Source: Nannocystales bacterium (lineage in GTDB: Bacteria; Myxococcota_A; Polyangia; Nannocystales; Nannocystaceae). Taken from it: a DNA stretch of 64,000 bases. How positions within the stretch are numbered: position 1 is the first letter of the stretch; every line of letters starts with the position of its first letter. Under the pieces are notes generated by a model. The model was not told the DNA's origin. It ran no database searches and saw nothing but the letters and a program-made list of their open reading frames with translations. A program made the position numbers and the translations under genes. Of the stretch, positions 28,181-36,083 are shown in pieces. The stretch is from positions 192,001 through 256,000 of the forward strand of contig JBOEGF010000004.1 in NCBI GenBank assembly GCA_050633305.1, written 5' to 3'.

Positions 28181-29896
28181 CTACGAACCAAGCTCGGCGA
28201 TGATGCCTTCGACGCGCACCTGGTCGCGTCGTCGTCCCGGGGTCAGCTCGAGGTAGCGCTGGTAGTGCCCGAGCGCCTCGCTGTCGTTGCCCAGCTCTCG
28301 CTCGATGTCACCGAGCAAGCGGTGCAGGTCGCCGACGTCGGGTCCCAGCGCGAGTGCGACCTTGGCAGACCACAGCGCACGGCCGGGATACCCTTCGGTG
28401 AGCAGTCCCCGGGCATGACGCACCAACTCGATCGCCTCTTGGTAGTCCCGATAGGCTTCCGCGTAGAGCAGCGGGTCGGGGGGGATGTCGCCCAGTGGCG
28501 TCGACGGAGCATCGTCGCGTCCCAACAGCTCGCGGAGATCGAAGGCCTGGAAACGGCCCAGGCTCGAGGGCCCCTCGGACACCCAAAGCACCATGGCGGA
28601 AGCGTCGACCACCACGGTGTGGGTGCTCGAGAGATTGTCCAGCGCGTTACGGTTCCCGAGCCCCAACACCGCCCCGCCGAGGCCTCGGCGATCGCGAAGC
28701 ACGGCTGCGGCACGCTCGGGCTCAATGGGCCCGGGCTCGGAGAGAAGCTCTTCGAGCCGGTCGTAGCGGTAACCGCTGGAGGTGTACCGCCGGATCCAAT
28801 CGTTCTGGAGGTCAGCCTCGAACGCTTCTTTGACCATGTGGTTGGTTGCCCAGACGATGGCATCGTCTTCGCCACGAATCGTCCGCCGGTCCTCTCGGTC
28901 CCGGGCGGCGAGTTCGAGGACCATCGAGGTGCGCTGGACACCGTCGCCGACCAGGACGACCGCCGAGGTCCGCAGCTTGGCCTCCTGAAGCATGGTCGCG
29001 GCGGTCTCGAGGGTATCGGCGCGCTCGAGAACGTCGCGTAGCACCAGCGGTAGCGGGGCGCCTTCTTCCAGGGGGTCGTCGGTGCGCGCCGCGTTGACGG
29101 CCACGAAGATCCCGCGGGCGTTGATGCCGGTCACCACGCCGAGCATTCCAGCCCAGCCCACGGACACGTACGGGTACCGACCGTCAGGGCGCACGACGGT
29201 GACCACGGGGTCAACATCCAACTTTCCGTCGGTGTCGATGCTGAGCGAGCGGCCGATCACCAGGTTTCCACGCTCGGAGGATCCGGGGCGTTTGGAGCTG
29301 GCGGCGAACATCGATCCCTCGAGCACAACGTCCTCGAGGCGTTGGGAGAGCCCGTGAATGCACTGATACAGGAACAGGCGCTGATAGGCGCTCATTCGGT
29401 CGCTGCGCGCCTCGGGGATGGCGGCGGCCAGCGCCGCGAGTTCGAGTCGGCGCTCCTGGGCGAGGTACGTGTCCGCAGCCCGGTAGTCCCAGCGAAGCAG
29501 CATCGAGGCGGTCCACTGCTCGACGCCGGAGCCATACCGGCCGCCGACGTAGTCGAGCATGTCGCGGTCGACCTCGTCGAAGAGCCGGGAGCCCAATCGG
29601 CCATGGGCATCGCCGATGGCGACCGGGGAGCCTTCCAGATGCATCTCCCAGATCTTTCCATCGCGGGTGAGGCTGGCGCGTCCGTAGTGGACGGTGCGAC
29701 CGGTCTCGTCGACGGTGAACGTGGAGGGGGCGACCTCGACTTCGGGCCCGTCGAGTTCGGTGAACCCGAGGTAGCCGGAGTAGCTCACGGCGACAAACAC
29801 GAACGCCAACCCCGCGAGGACCCCGACCGCCCGAAGCAGGGCGAACACGCGGGAATCGACCGTGCGAGGGCCGCCGCCGAGGCTCGAGCGCGCCAT
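28181..29896 (-). CDS. Membrane-anchored C45/Ntn-hydrolase-fold protein with C-terminal TPR
   Basis: N-terminal TM; LEGSPVAIGDAHG, VSVGWAGMLGVVTGINARG, ATNH and SGYRYDRL motifs; TPR-like tail. The expected nucleophile Cys is absent. Confidence 0.75.
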   Translation of the reverse strand: MARSSLGGGPRTVDSRVFALLRAVGVLAGLAFVFVAVSYSGYLGFTELDGPEVEVAPSTFTVDETGRTVHYGRASLTRDGKIWEMHLEGSPVAIGDAHGRLGSRLFDEVDRDMLDYVGGRYGSGVEQWTASMLLRWDYRAADTYLAQERRLELAALAAAIPEARSDRMSAYQRLFLYQCIHGLSQRLEDVVLEGSMFAASSKRPGSSERGNLVIGRSLSIDTDGKLDVDPVVTVVRPDGRYPYVSVGWAGMLGVVTGINARGIFVAVNAARTDDPLEEGAPLPLVLRDVLERADTLETAATMLQEAKLRTSAVVLVGDGVQRTSMVLELAARDREDRRTIRGEDDAIVWATNHMVKEAFEADLQNDWIRRYTSSGYRYDRLEELLSEPGPIEPERAAAVLRDRRGLGGAVLGLGNRNALDNLSSTHTVVVDASAMVLWVSEGPSSLGRFQAFDLRELLGRDDAPSTPLGDIPPDPLLYAEAYRDYQEAIELVRHARGLLTEGYPGRALWSAKVALALGPDVGDLHRLLGDIERELGNDSEALGHYQRYLELTPGRRRDQVRVEGIIAELGS

Positions 29897-29967
29897 CGCC
29901 GGGTCATAGCCCTTTGTGGCGTCCAGCGCCACCACGGGCTGCTAGGCTTCGCCCCGCCGTGTTCTCC

Positions 29968-30645
29968 GTGCGAGCCTCCACACGTCTGGGCCTGGTCCTT
30001 CTCGCAGCGATGGCCGCTTGCGAGCCGGAAACGCCGCCCACCGCTGCAGATGCGCCCCCCAGTGCTGAGGATGCGCCGACCTCGGCCTCCTTCGAGCCGG
30101 GCAAAACGCCGGCTGTGCTCACATTCGCCGCCGAGCGCGGATCGTTCACAGACTCCTCGAAGGTGGAGGACGTCCCCGAGGGCTCCCGTGGCTTGGTGCG
30201 CGTCAGTCTGCTCGAAGGGCCCAAACCGCCCCCGGGTCAGGTCTGGGTCGCCAACCTGAAGTCGAGCGCAGACGCTTCGGTCGAACTGTCGACGGTTGCG
30301 CGCGGGATGTTCGAAGAACTGGCGCTGGGCCAGGGCCTCAGCTCGGAAGTCTCACTGCCCGAAGGCCTGGAGCCACCGCCGCAAGTCGCTGCAAACACCG
30401 GGGAGGTCATCGTCTACAAAACAGCCTGGTGCGGGGTCTGCAAGAAGGTGCAGAGCTACCTGGACCGCAAGGGCGTGAAGTACGTCTCGAAGGACATCGA
30501 GAAAGACCGCGCGGCCGCGGCGGAACTCCAGGGCAAGGCGGCGAAGGCGGGAATCGGGACCGGCAGCGTCCCTGTGATCGATGTGGGCGGTGAGTTGATG
30601 GTGGGCTTTGACCGCGGCCGGCTCGAAAAGCTCCTCGCCGGATAA
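29968..30645 (+). CDS. Lipoprotein with C-terminal glutaredoxin (NrdH-like) domain
   Basis: Lipobox MAAC; YKTAWCGVC and SVPVIDVGGELMVGFD motifs. Confidence 0.85.
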   Translation: MRASTRLGLVLLAAMAACEPETPPTAADAPPSAEDAPTSASFEPGKTPAVLTFAAERGSFTDSSKVEDVPEGSRGLVRVSLLEGPKPPPGQVWVANLKSSADASVELSTVARGMFEELALGQGLSSEVSLPEGLEPPPQVAANTGEVIVYKTAWCGVCKKVQSYLDRKGVKYVSKDIEKDRAAAAELQGKAAKAGIGTGSVPVIDVGGELMVGFDRGRLEKLLAG

Positions 30646-30670
30646 GGCCCGTGGCGGTAGGCTTCCGCCC

Positions 30671-32035
30671 GTGATTCGCGTCCCAAAGGCGTCCGTGCTG
30701 CCGTCCATCGTGTTGAGCCTGTGTGGTGTCGTCGCCTGTGCTCCGGAGCCGCTGATCGGCGAGGACGTGATGCCGCTGGACGGTGCCATGCACCTGCAGG
30801 GGACCGGGCAGGCCCAGGCCTTCGGCCGCAATGACGATGCGGCCGTGAAGCCTGGGAACGAATCGCACGCTGGCCACGCGCCGGACCCGTACGCGGGACT
30901 GGAGGCGGCGTTGCGCGAGCGCTGGGTGCACCGGGAGGTCCACGAGGAAGAGGGCGTTGATGTCGCTACGACGGTCGACCTCCTGCGACAAGAGGCCGAG
31001 GCAGCCCGGGGCCGCGGCGAGCGACGCAGCGCTGTGCGCCGAGCGACCTGCCGACTCGGAGATGGTCAGCTGCAGATGGACGAAGCCGGCGGGTCGCTTC
31101 ACAGCGACTCGGGGCTGCGTGTGCGCGCTGTGGGTCCGGCGTTCCTGCTCGAAGGGACGGACGGGCGCTACGGCAAGGCACTGGCCGCCGGCGATCGCAT
31201 TGTGGAGGTCGACGGGGCTGAGGTCGTTCCCTGGGCGGACACCACGTGCGCCGGTCCTGGGTCCACGGCTGCACATCGGCGGGCCCGCCTGGCGGAGAGC
31301 TTGGAGCGCGGCCGCGCGGGGCGAAGCGCATCCCGGCTGCGCCCGGAGACCATCACGGTGCGCCAGGCGAAGACCGGGAAGGTCCGCTCGGTGACGCTGT
31401 CCTGGAAGCCAGAAGACGACGCAACATGCGTCAGCGGAGAGGCGATCACCGGGGATGTTGGCGTCATCACGGTACGGGCTCTGAACTGCGAGCCCGCGGC
31501 GTTCGATGCTCAACTCACCAGCGCGGTCCGCTCGGCGGGCAGTGGTCATCTCCTGTTGGACCTCCGCCGCGTAGTCGGGGACGACGAGCGCAACGCCCAA
31601 GTCCTGGCCCGTCGGTTCACCCCCGCGGCGACCGTGTGGGCTTCGAAGCGCCGCGGTACTCAGGGCGGGTTTTCCTCGGTCGCGCTGCCCGAGGCGGAGC
31701 CTGCCGTGTCAGCATCTCAGCGTTGGCTGCTGGTCAGTCCGCGCTGTGATGCAAGCTGTGAACTCGCGGCCGCGGTGATCGCTTCGGACAACCTCGTGAC
31801 CACGGTCGGAACCCCCACCGCCGGAAGCGCGGCCGAGACGGAGCCTGTCGCGATCGGCAAAGGAATCACCGTCCAGGTGCCGGTCGTGCAATATGCGCTT
31901 CCCGGGAGTTCAACGTTGCTCGAGGGTCGTGGCATCACGCCCGACGTCGCGGTGACGGCCACCATCGACGTGCTGGGCCGAGGGCACGACCCCGAGGTGA
32001 TCGCGGTCGCCCGTCGGATTCGCGGCGAAGGCTGA
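30671..32035 (+). CDS. S41 (C-terminal processing protease)-like lipoprotein with PDZ-like segment
   Basis: Lipobox VVAC; AGDRIVEVDG, LLLDLR, VGTPTAG and LEGRGITPDV motifs. The catalytic region is atypical (CDASCE). Confidence 0.72.
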   Translation: MIRVPKASVLPSIVLSLCGVVACAPEPLIGEDVMPLDGAMHLQGTGQAQAFGRNDDAAVKPGNESHAGHAPDPYAGLEAALRERWVHREVHEEEGVDVATTVDLLRQEAEAARGRGERRSAVRRATCRLGDGQLQMDEAGGSLHSDSGLRVRAVGPAFLLEGTDGRYGKALAAGDRIVEVDGAEVVPWADTTCAGPGSTAAHRRARLAESLERGRAGRSASRLRPETITVRQAKTGKVRSVTLSWKPEDDATCVSGEAITGDVGVITVRALNCEPAAFDAQLTSAVRSAGSGHLLLDLRRVVGDDERNAQVLARRFTPAATVWASKRRGTQGGFSSVALPEAEPAVSASQRWLLVSPRCDASCELAAAVIASDNLVTTVGTPTAGSAAETEPVAIGKGITVQVPVVQYALPGSSTLLEGRGITPDVAVTATIDVLGRGHDPEVIAVARRIRGEG

Positions 32036-32044
32036 GACGCAGCG

Positions 32045-33349
32045 CTACTCGGCTTTGTCGAGGCCTTCGGCGAACGCTTCGGCCTCGACGAAGGTCTTGA
32101 AGTGCGCCGAGGCGGCGGGCATGGCCTGTCCAGCACGCAGCGTCTCGAAGGCGTCCGAGAGCTTGCTGTCGGTGCCGTACAGCAGCACGGAGGGGAGGGT
32201 GCCGCTGTCGAAGGCATCCTTCATTTTGTCCTGATCGGCGGAAGGATCGGTGACGTCGATTTTGATCAGGTGGAATTCTTTGGCGAGGCGAGGCTCGACG
32301 TCCGCGTGGTGGAACGTCTGCACCTCCATCTCCTGGCATGGAACGCACCACGTCGCGGCAAAGTCGATGAGGATCGGCTTACCGTCGGCTTCAGCTTGCT
32401 CGATCGATGCGGTCAGCTCATCGAGCGTCGCCACCTCGTTCCACTCCATCGGGGGGACGTACAGCACGTTGTTGAGGCTGACGATGCCCCCGAGCGCTGC
32501 AACACCGACCGCGACAGCCTTGCGCGCAGCCTCAGCTTTTCCGGACTTGAAGCTCAGGTGGACAGCGCCGGCCGCAATGCCGGCCGCGACCAGGCCCATG
32601 CCGGCCCACAGACCCCAGCTGGGATCGAGCGTGAAGTCGGCCAGGGCCTTGTGAACCGGGCGCAAGAACCATGCGGCCATCACCAGCATCGCCACCCCGA
32701 AGAAGCTCTTCACGTGCTCCATCCACGCGCCAGGGCGGAAGAGGCTCGCCCCGAGGGCCACGGCGAAGAACAAGGTGCCCATACCCAGCGCGTACGCGAA
32801 CAAGAGCGAGCCTCCGTAGACGACGCCGCCCCCGTCGGCCGACGACGTTGCGATGAAGGCCAGCAGCGAGAGCAGGACTGGGCCGGTGCACGGCGCCGAG
32901 ATCAGACCTGAGACGAGCCCCATGAGAAACGCGCCGAGCGGGCCGGTCCCGCCGACCGCGTTGAGTTTGTTCTGCAGAGTCGTGGGGAGCTGGATGTCGA
33001 AGGCCCCGAACATCGACGCGGCAAGCGCCAGAAGCATGAAGACGATCGGATAGACCACCCAGGGGTTGCCGAGCCACGCGCCGAACGCCGCGCCGGAGAG
33101 TGCGACGGCGACCCCGAGCGAGGTGTACAGGACCGCCATGCCGAGCACGTAGGCGGTGGCGAGAAACAGCGCCCGGCCGCGGGAAACCCCTTTGGCGCCG
33201 AAGACAGCCACGGTGATGGGGATCAGCGGGTAGACGCAAGGGGTGAGGTCGACCAGGACGCCCTGACCGAAGGCCCACGCGTACGTGGCGAGACCTCCGC
33301 CGCCGATGTCTGGAGCAGCGAATGCGAGGAGCGAGTTCGGATCAGCCAT
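32045..33349 (-). CDS. dsbD: DsbD-family thiol:disulfide interchange protein (TM domain + thioredoxin; no N-terminal alpha domain)
   Basis: LTPCVYPLIPIT, SAPCTGP, PGAWMEHVK and DFAATWCVPC motifs. Confidence 0.88.
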   Translation of the reverse strand: MADPNSLLAFAAPDIGGGGLATYAWAFGQGVLVDLTPCVYPLIPITVAVFGAKGVSRGRALFLATAYVLGMAVLYTSLGVAVALSGAAFGAWLGNPWVVYPIVFMLLALAASMFGAFDIQLPTTLQNKLNAVGGTGPLGAFLMGLVSGLISAPCTGPVLLSLLAFIATSSADGGGVVYGGSLLFAYALGMGTLFFAVALGASLFRPGAWMEHVKSFFGVAMLVMAAWFLRPVHKALADFTLDPSWGLWAGMGLVAAGIAAGAVHLSFKSGKAEAARKAVAVGVAALGGIVSLNNVLYVPPMEWNEVATLDELTASIEQAEADGKPILIDFAATWCVPCQEMEVQTFHHADVEPRLAKEFHLIKIDVTDPSADQDKMKDAFDSGTLPSVLLYGTDSKLSDAFETLRAGQAMPAASAHFKTFVEAEAFAEGLDKAE

Positions 33350-33432
33350 GGCTCGTGCTCCCTCAACGTGTCGAGGGCGGGAAACGTTATGCCACGGGGC
33401 GCGCGTTCAAGTCGGCGCAAAGAGCGCCCGTG

Positions 33433-35217
33433 TCAGGGAGGCGCCTCACCCAGACAGAAGCCGTCCTCTTGAATCTCCCGGAGTTCGGCACCGGACAAAG
33501 CGGCGCAACATGTCTCGTCCCGGGCCTGGACAATGAGCTCGAACAGCAGAGACAGCGGCAGCCCGTAGCAACATGCGGCCTGCTCGTCCTCACCGCAGGT
33601 GGGCGCGCTGAGGCAGTCCCCCGAACGCGGATCGAGGCATTGCAGACGCACACCCGGGTTGGGGTCGGTGTAGTCGAGGACCGAGACGGTGTCCTCGAGC
33701 ACGGAGGCCCCGATCAGCCCGTCAGGTTGCAGGGCCTCCGGCGCGACGTCGCGCCGCAGTGCGAGGACCATGGGGTGCGTCTCCGGCACGATGAGCGTGT
33801 CGAGCCAGCGATCGGGGTTCGGCGCGCTCTGACCTTCGTCGAATCGTGTTTCCCCGACCACGGCCAACGCGGTGTTCGAGTTCGCGGCGGCATGCGGGGT
33901 GGCGGTGTCTTCGATGTTGCCCCGGGCCGTGAAGTCCTCGACGAAGGTCTCGCACTGCTGCAACAAGGCGGCGCTCCGCAGCTGAGCCCGCACGCATGGG
34001 CCCGCACCCCGAGTTCGCGTGAGTCCCGGGAGCATCGCGACCGAGCGAATCGAGAGTCGGATCAAGGGCGACTCGTCGCCAGTCGGCGCGGATGGCCACC
34101 CGGGGATCGAGAGCGACCCGTCGAGCCCTCGCAGGCAGGCGCCGGTTTCGGCCTCGACCGCGGCGCAGTCGGGCAGGTCTTCGAGGGGTCCAAACATGCG
34201 TCGCGCGGAGTCGTTGAACAGCACAAACCCCGGCACGCCGGTCGCCATCACCAGCGTCGCCTGTTTGCCGCCGCCATCCGGATCGTCCGCGGAGATACAG
34301 GCCCCTGCGGTCGCATCGAGGTCAGGACCTGTGGACGCGAAACACGAGCCTGGCTTGAATGGGTCGAGGTCGGTGAGGTCGTAGGACACGCCGCACGGGG
34401 GCATGGCGACGCAGGCGTCGAGCACCATGCGGCTGGCTTCGAGCGCGAGGTCTGGGTTGCCCTGGATATCGAACCCTCCGAGTTCGCAGTTGTCGCCCCC
34501 GATGTCGCAGCGGTCCGCGAGGTCGCGCCCGAGCAAGCGACCGGGGAACTGCACGGGCATGAACGCGAACCCCTCGTCCGCCAAGTCCCGATCCGTGCCG
34601 GGGAACTCTCCATACAGTGCCACTCGGGCCCCACCCAACGGTGGCCGTCGGAGTCGGACCGCGAATTGTCGCAGCAGGTTGCCCCCCAAGACCCCCGCGG
34701 GTTCGACGGTCACTTGCCCATCGCCGGCTTGCCAGGAGAACGCATCGCCCCCATCGGCGGGCGCCCGAACGACGGGAAGGTCCCGAAAACGGAACCGAGC
34801 CACGGCGTTGTCGAGCGCGTCTTCGGTCGGCGTGGATGCGGCCAGGCCTTGGGCCTCGCGAAGTTCGAGGCACTCCCGCCCAAAGGTGAGCTGAGGTTCG
34901 TTGTCGCCGCGCTTGAAGAAGGTGAGGGGGGACAGGCTGTCGATCAACACCAGATCGCACGGCCGGCCGTCATCGGGGTTGCAGCCCGCTCGGGCGGAGG
35001 AGCCTGGGCACCCCTCGTCGATGAATGCCATTCGGGGGAGCGGCGACGCGTCCCCGCTGGCCAGCGGCACGCCCCGACCGAACTCTCCATCGAAGCTCGT
35101 TGGCTCCGACGCGCAGCCTGCAGCGAGCACGAGCCACAGCGGCCACCCACGCGCACGCTCGCTGGTCTCGATGCCCCCAGGACGCATACGGGCAGAGTGT
35201 AGACCAACCAACGACAA
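33433..35217 (-). CDS. Cys-rich lipoprotein with probable two-lobed aspartic-protease-like fold
   Basis: Lipobox AAGC; VLIDSLS / GVLGGNLLRQF and LVMATG / GLIGASVLEDTVSVLDY motif pairs. Start is uncertain. Confidence 0.55.
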   Translation of the reverse strand: MSLVGLHSARMRPGGIETSERARGWPLWLVLAAGCASEPTSFDGEFGRGVPLASGDASPLPRMAFIDEGCPGSSARAGCNPDDGRPCDLVLIDSLSPLTFFKRGDNEPQLTFGRECLELREAQGLAASTPTEDALDNAVARFRFRDLPVVRAPADGGDAFSWQAGDGQVTVEPAGVLGGNLLRQFAVRLRRPPLGGARVALYGEFPGTDRDLADEGFAFMPVQFPGRLLGRDLADRCDIGGDNCELGGFDIQGNPDLALEASRMVLDACVAMPPCGVSYDLTDLDPFKPGSCFASTGPDLDATAGACISADDPDGGGKQATLVMATGVPGFVLFNDSARRMFGPLEDLPDCAAVEAETGACLRGLDGSLSIPGWPSAPTGDESPLIRLSIRSVAMLPGLTRTRGAGPCVRAQLRSAALLQQCETFVEDFTARGNIEDTATPHAAANSNTALAVVGETRFDEGQSAPNPDRWLDTLIVPETHPMVLALRRDVAPEALQPDGLIGASVLEDTVSVLDYTDPNPGVRLQCLDPRSGDCLSAPTCGEDEQAACCYGLPLSLLFELIVQARDETCCAALSGAELREIQEDGFCLGEAPP

Positions 35218-35289
35218 GCGCCCCGAGGCTGTGGGCCAGGGGGGCGCAGTCTGTGCCCGTGTTGCGCCGCAGGAAGGCGGCGCAGTGGG

Positions 35290-35931
35290 TCAGTCGGCCT
35301 TGGCGACGTCGGCCAGCTTGGTCTGCAGGCGCGTGATCAGGCCATCAATGCCCTCGTCGCGGACGATCTTGCCGAACTCGTAGCGGTAGGTCTTCGAGAG
35401 GCTGACGCCGTCGGTGATGATGTTGCGGGCGACCCAACGGCCATCGACGTAGTGCATCACGTATGAGACTTCGAGGACTTGGGTCTCGCCGTCCTTGTCG
35501 AAGGTGACGCGGGTATCGACCTTGGCCTTGTCCTTGCGAACCTCCTCGCCGAGGTACTCGACCGTGCCGGTGTCGGCCTGGCGGATGCGCTTGAGGTAGT
35601 TCTCGCGGATGAGCTGGGCCAGGAGCGCCTCGTACTCCGCGCAGCGCGGCTCACACTTCTTGGCGTAGCGACGCTCGCCACCCAGTGCGGCGTGGGCGAT
35701 CCAGTCGTAGTCGAGGAGTCCATCGACCTCGGCCTTGAGTTTGTCGGCCGAGGCTTTCTCGTGGACCAGACCGACGACGGTCTGATGGGAGGCCTTGAAC
35801 GCTTCCAACGCGGACGGGGGCGCTTCGCTCGCGGCCGCGGCGGCTTGCGCCGTGCTCGCAGCGGTCCCGAACACGGAAAGTGACATGCAAAGCGCGAGCG
35901 TGAGGGGGGCGAGTCGAGTGCGGATCATCAT
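35290..35931 (-). CDS. MlaC/Ttg2D (HpnM-like) periplasmic lipid-binding protein
   Basis: Signal peptide; LLDYDWIAHAALG, VSYVMH and WVARNIITDGVSLSKTYRYEFGKIVRDEGIDGLI motifs. Confidence 0.88.
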   Translation of the reverse strand: MMIRTRLAPLTLALCMSLSVFGTAASTAQAAAAASEAPPSALEAFKASHQTVVGLVHEKASADKLKAEVDGLLDYDWIAHAALGGERRYAKKCEPRCAEYEALLAQLIRENYLKRIRQADTGTVEYLGEEVRKDKAKVDTRVTFDKDGETQVLEVSYVMHYVDGRWVARNIITDGVSLSKTYRYEFGKIVRDEGIDGLITRLQTKLADVAKAD

Positions 35932-36002
35932 CGGTCAACCTCTCCGGGGGTGCCTGGTCAGACGGGCCCCACGCGTGCCGTATTCACGCGCGGACAAAGT
36001 AC

Positions 36003-36024
36003 CACAGTGGTGCTGATCACTGTG
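36003..36024. promoter_or_regulatory. Inverted repeat upstream of the mlaC-like gene (operator or hairpin)
   Basis: CACAGTG-GTGCTGAT-CACTGTG in the tolC-mlaC intergenic gap. Confidence 0.35.
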
Positions 36025-36083
36025 TAGGGGGTGGCAGACGGCGTTCTGCGGGTGATCCGCGCTACAGCGGCGTCGCGGATGGG

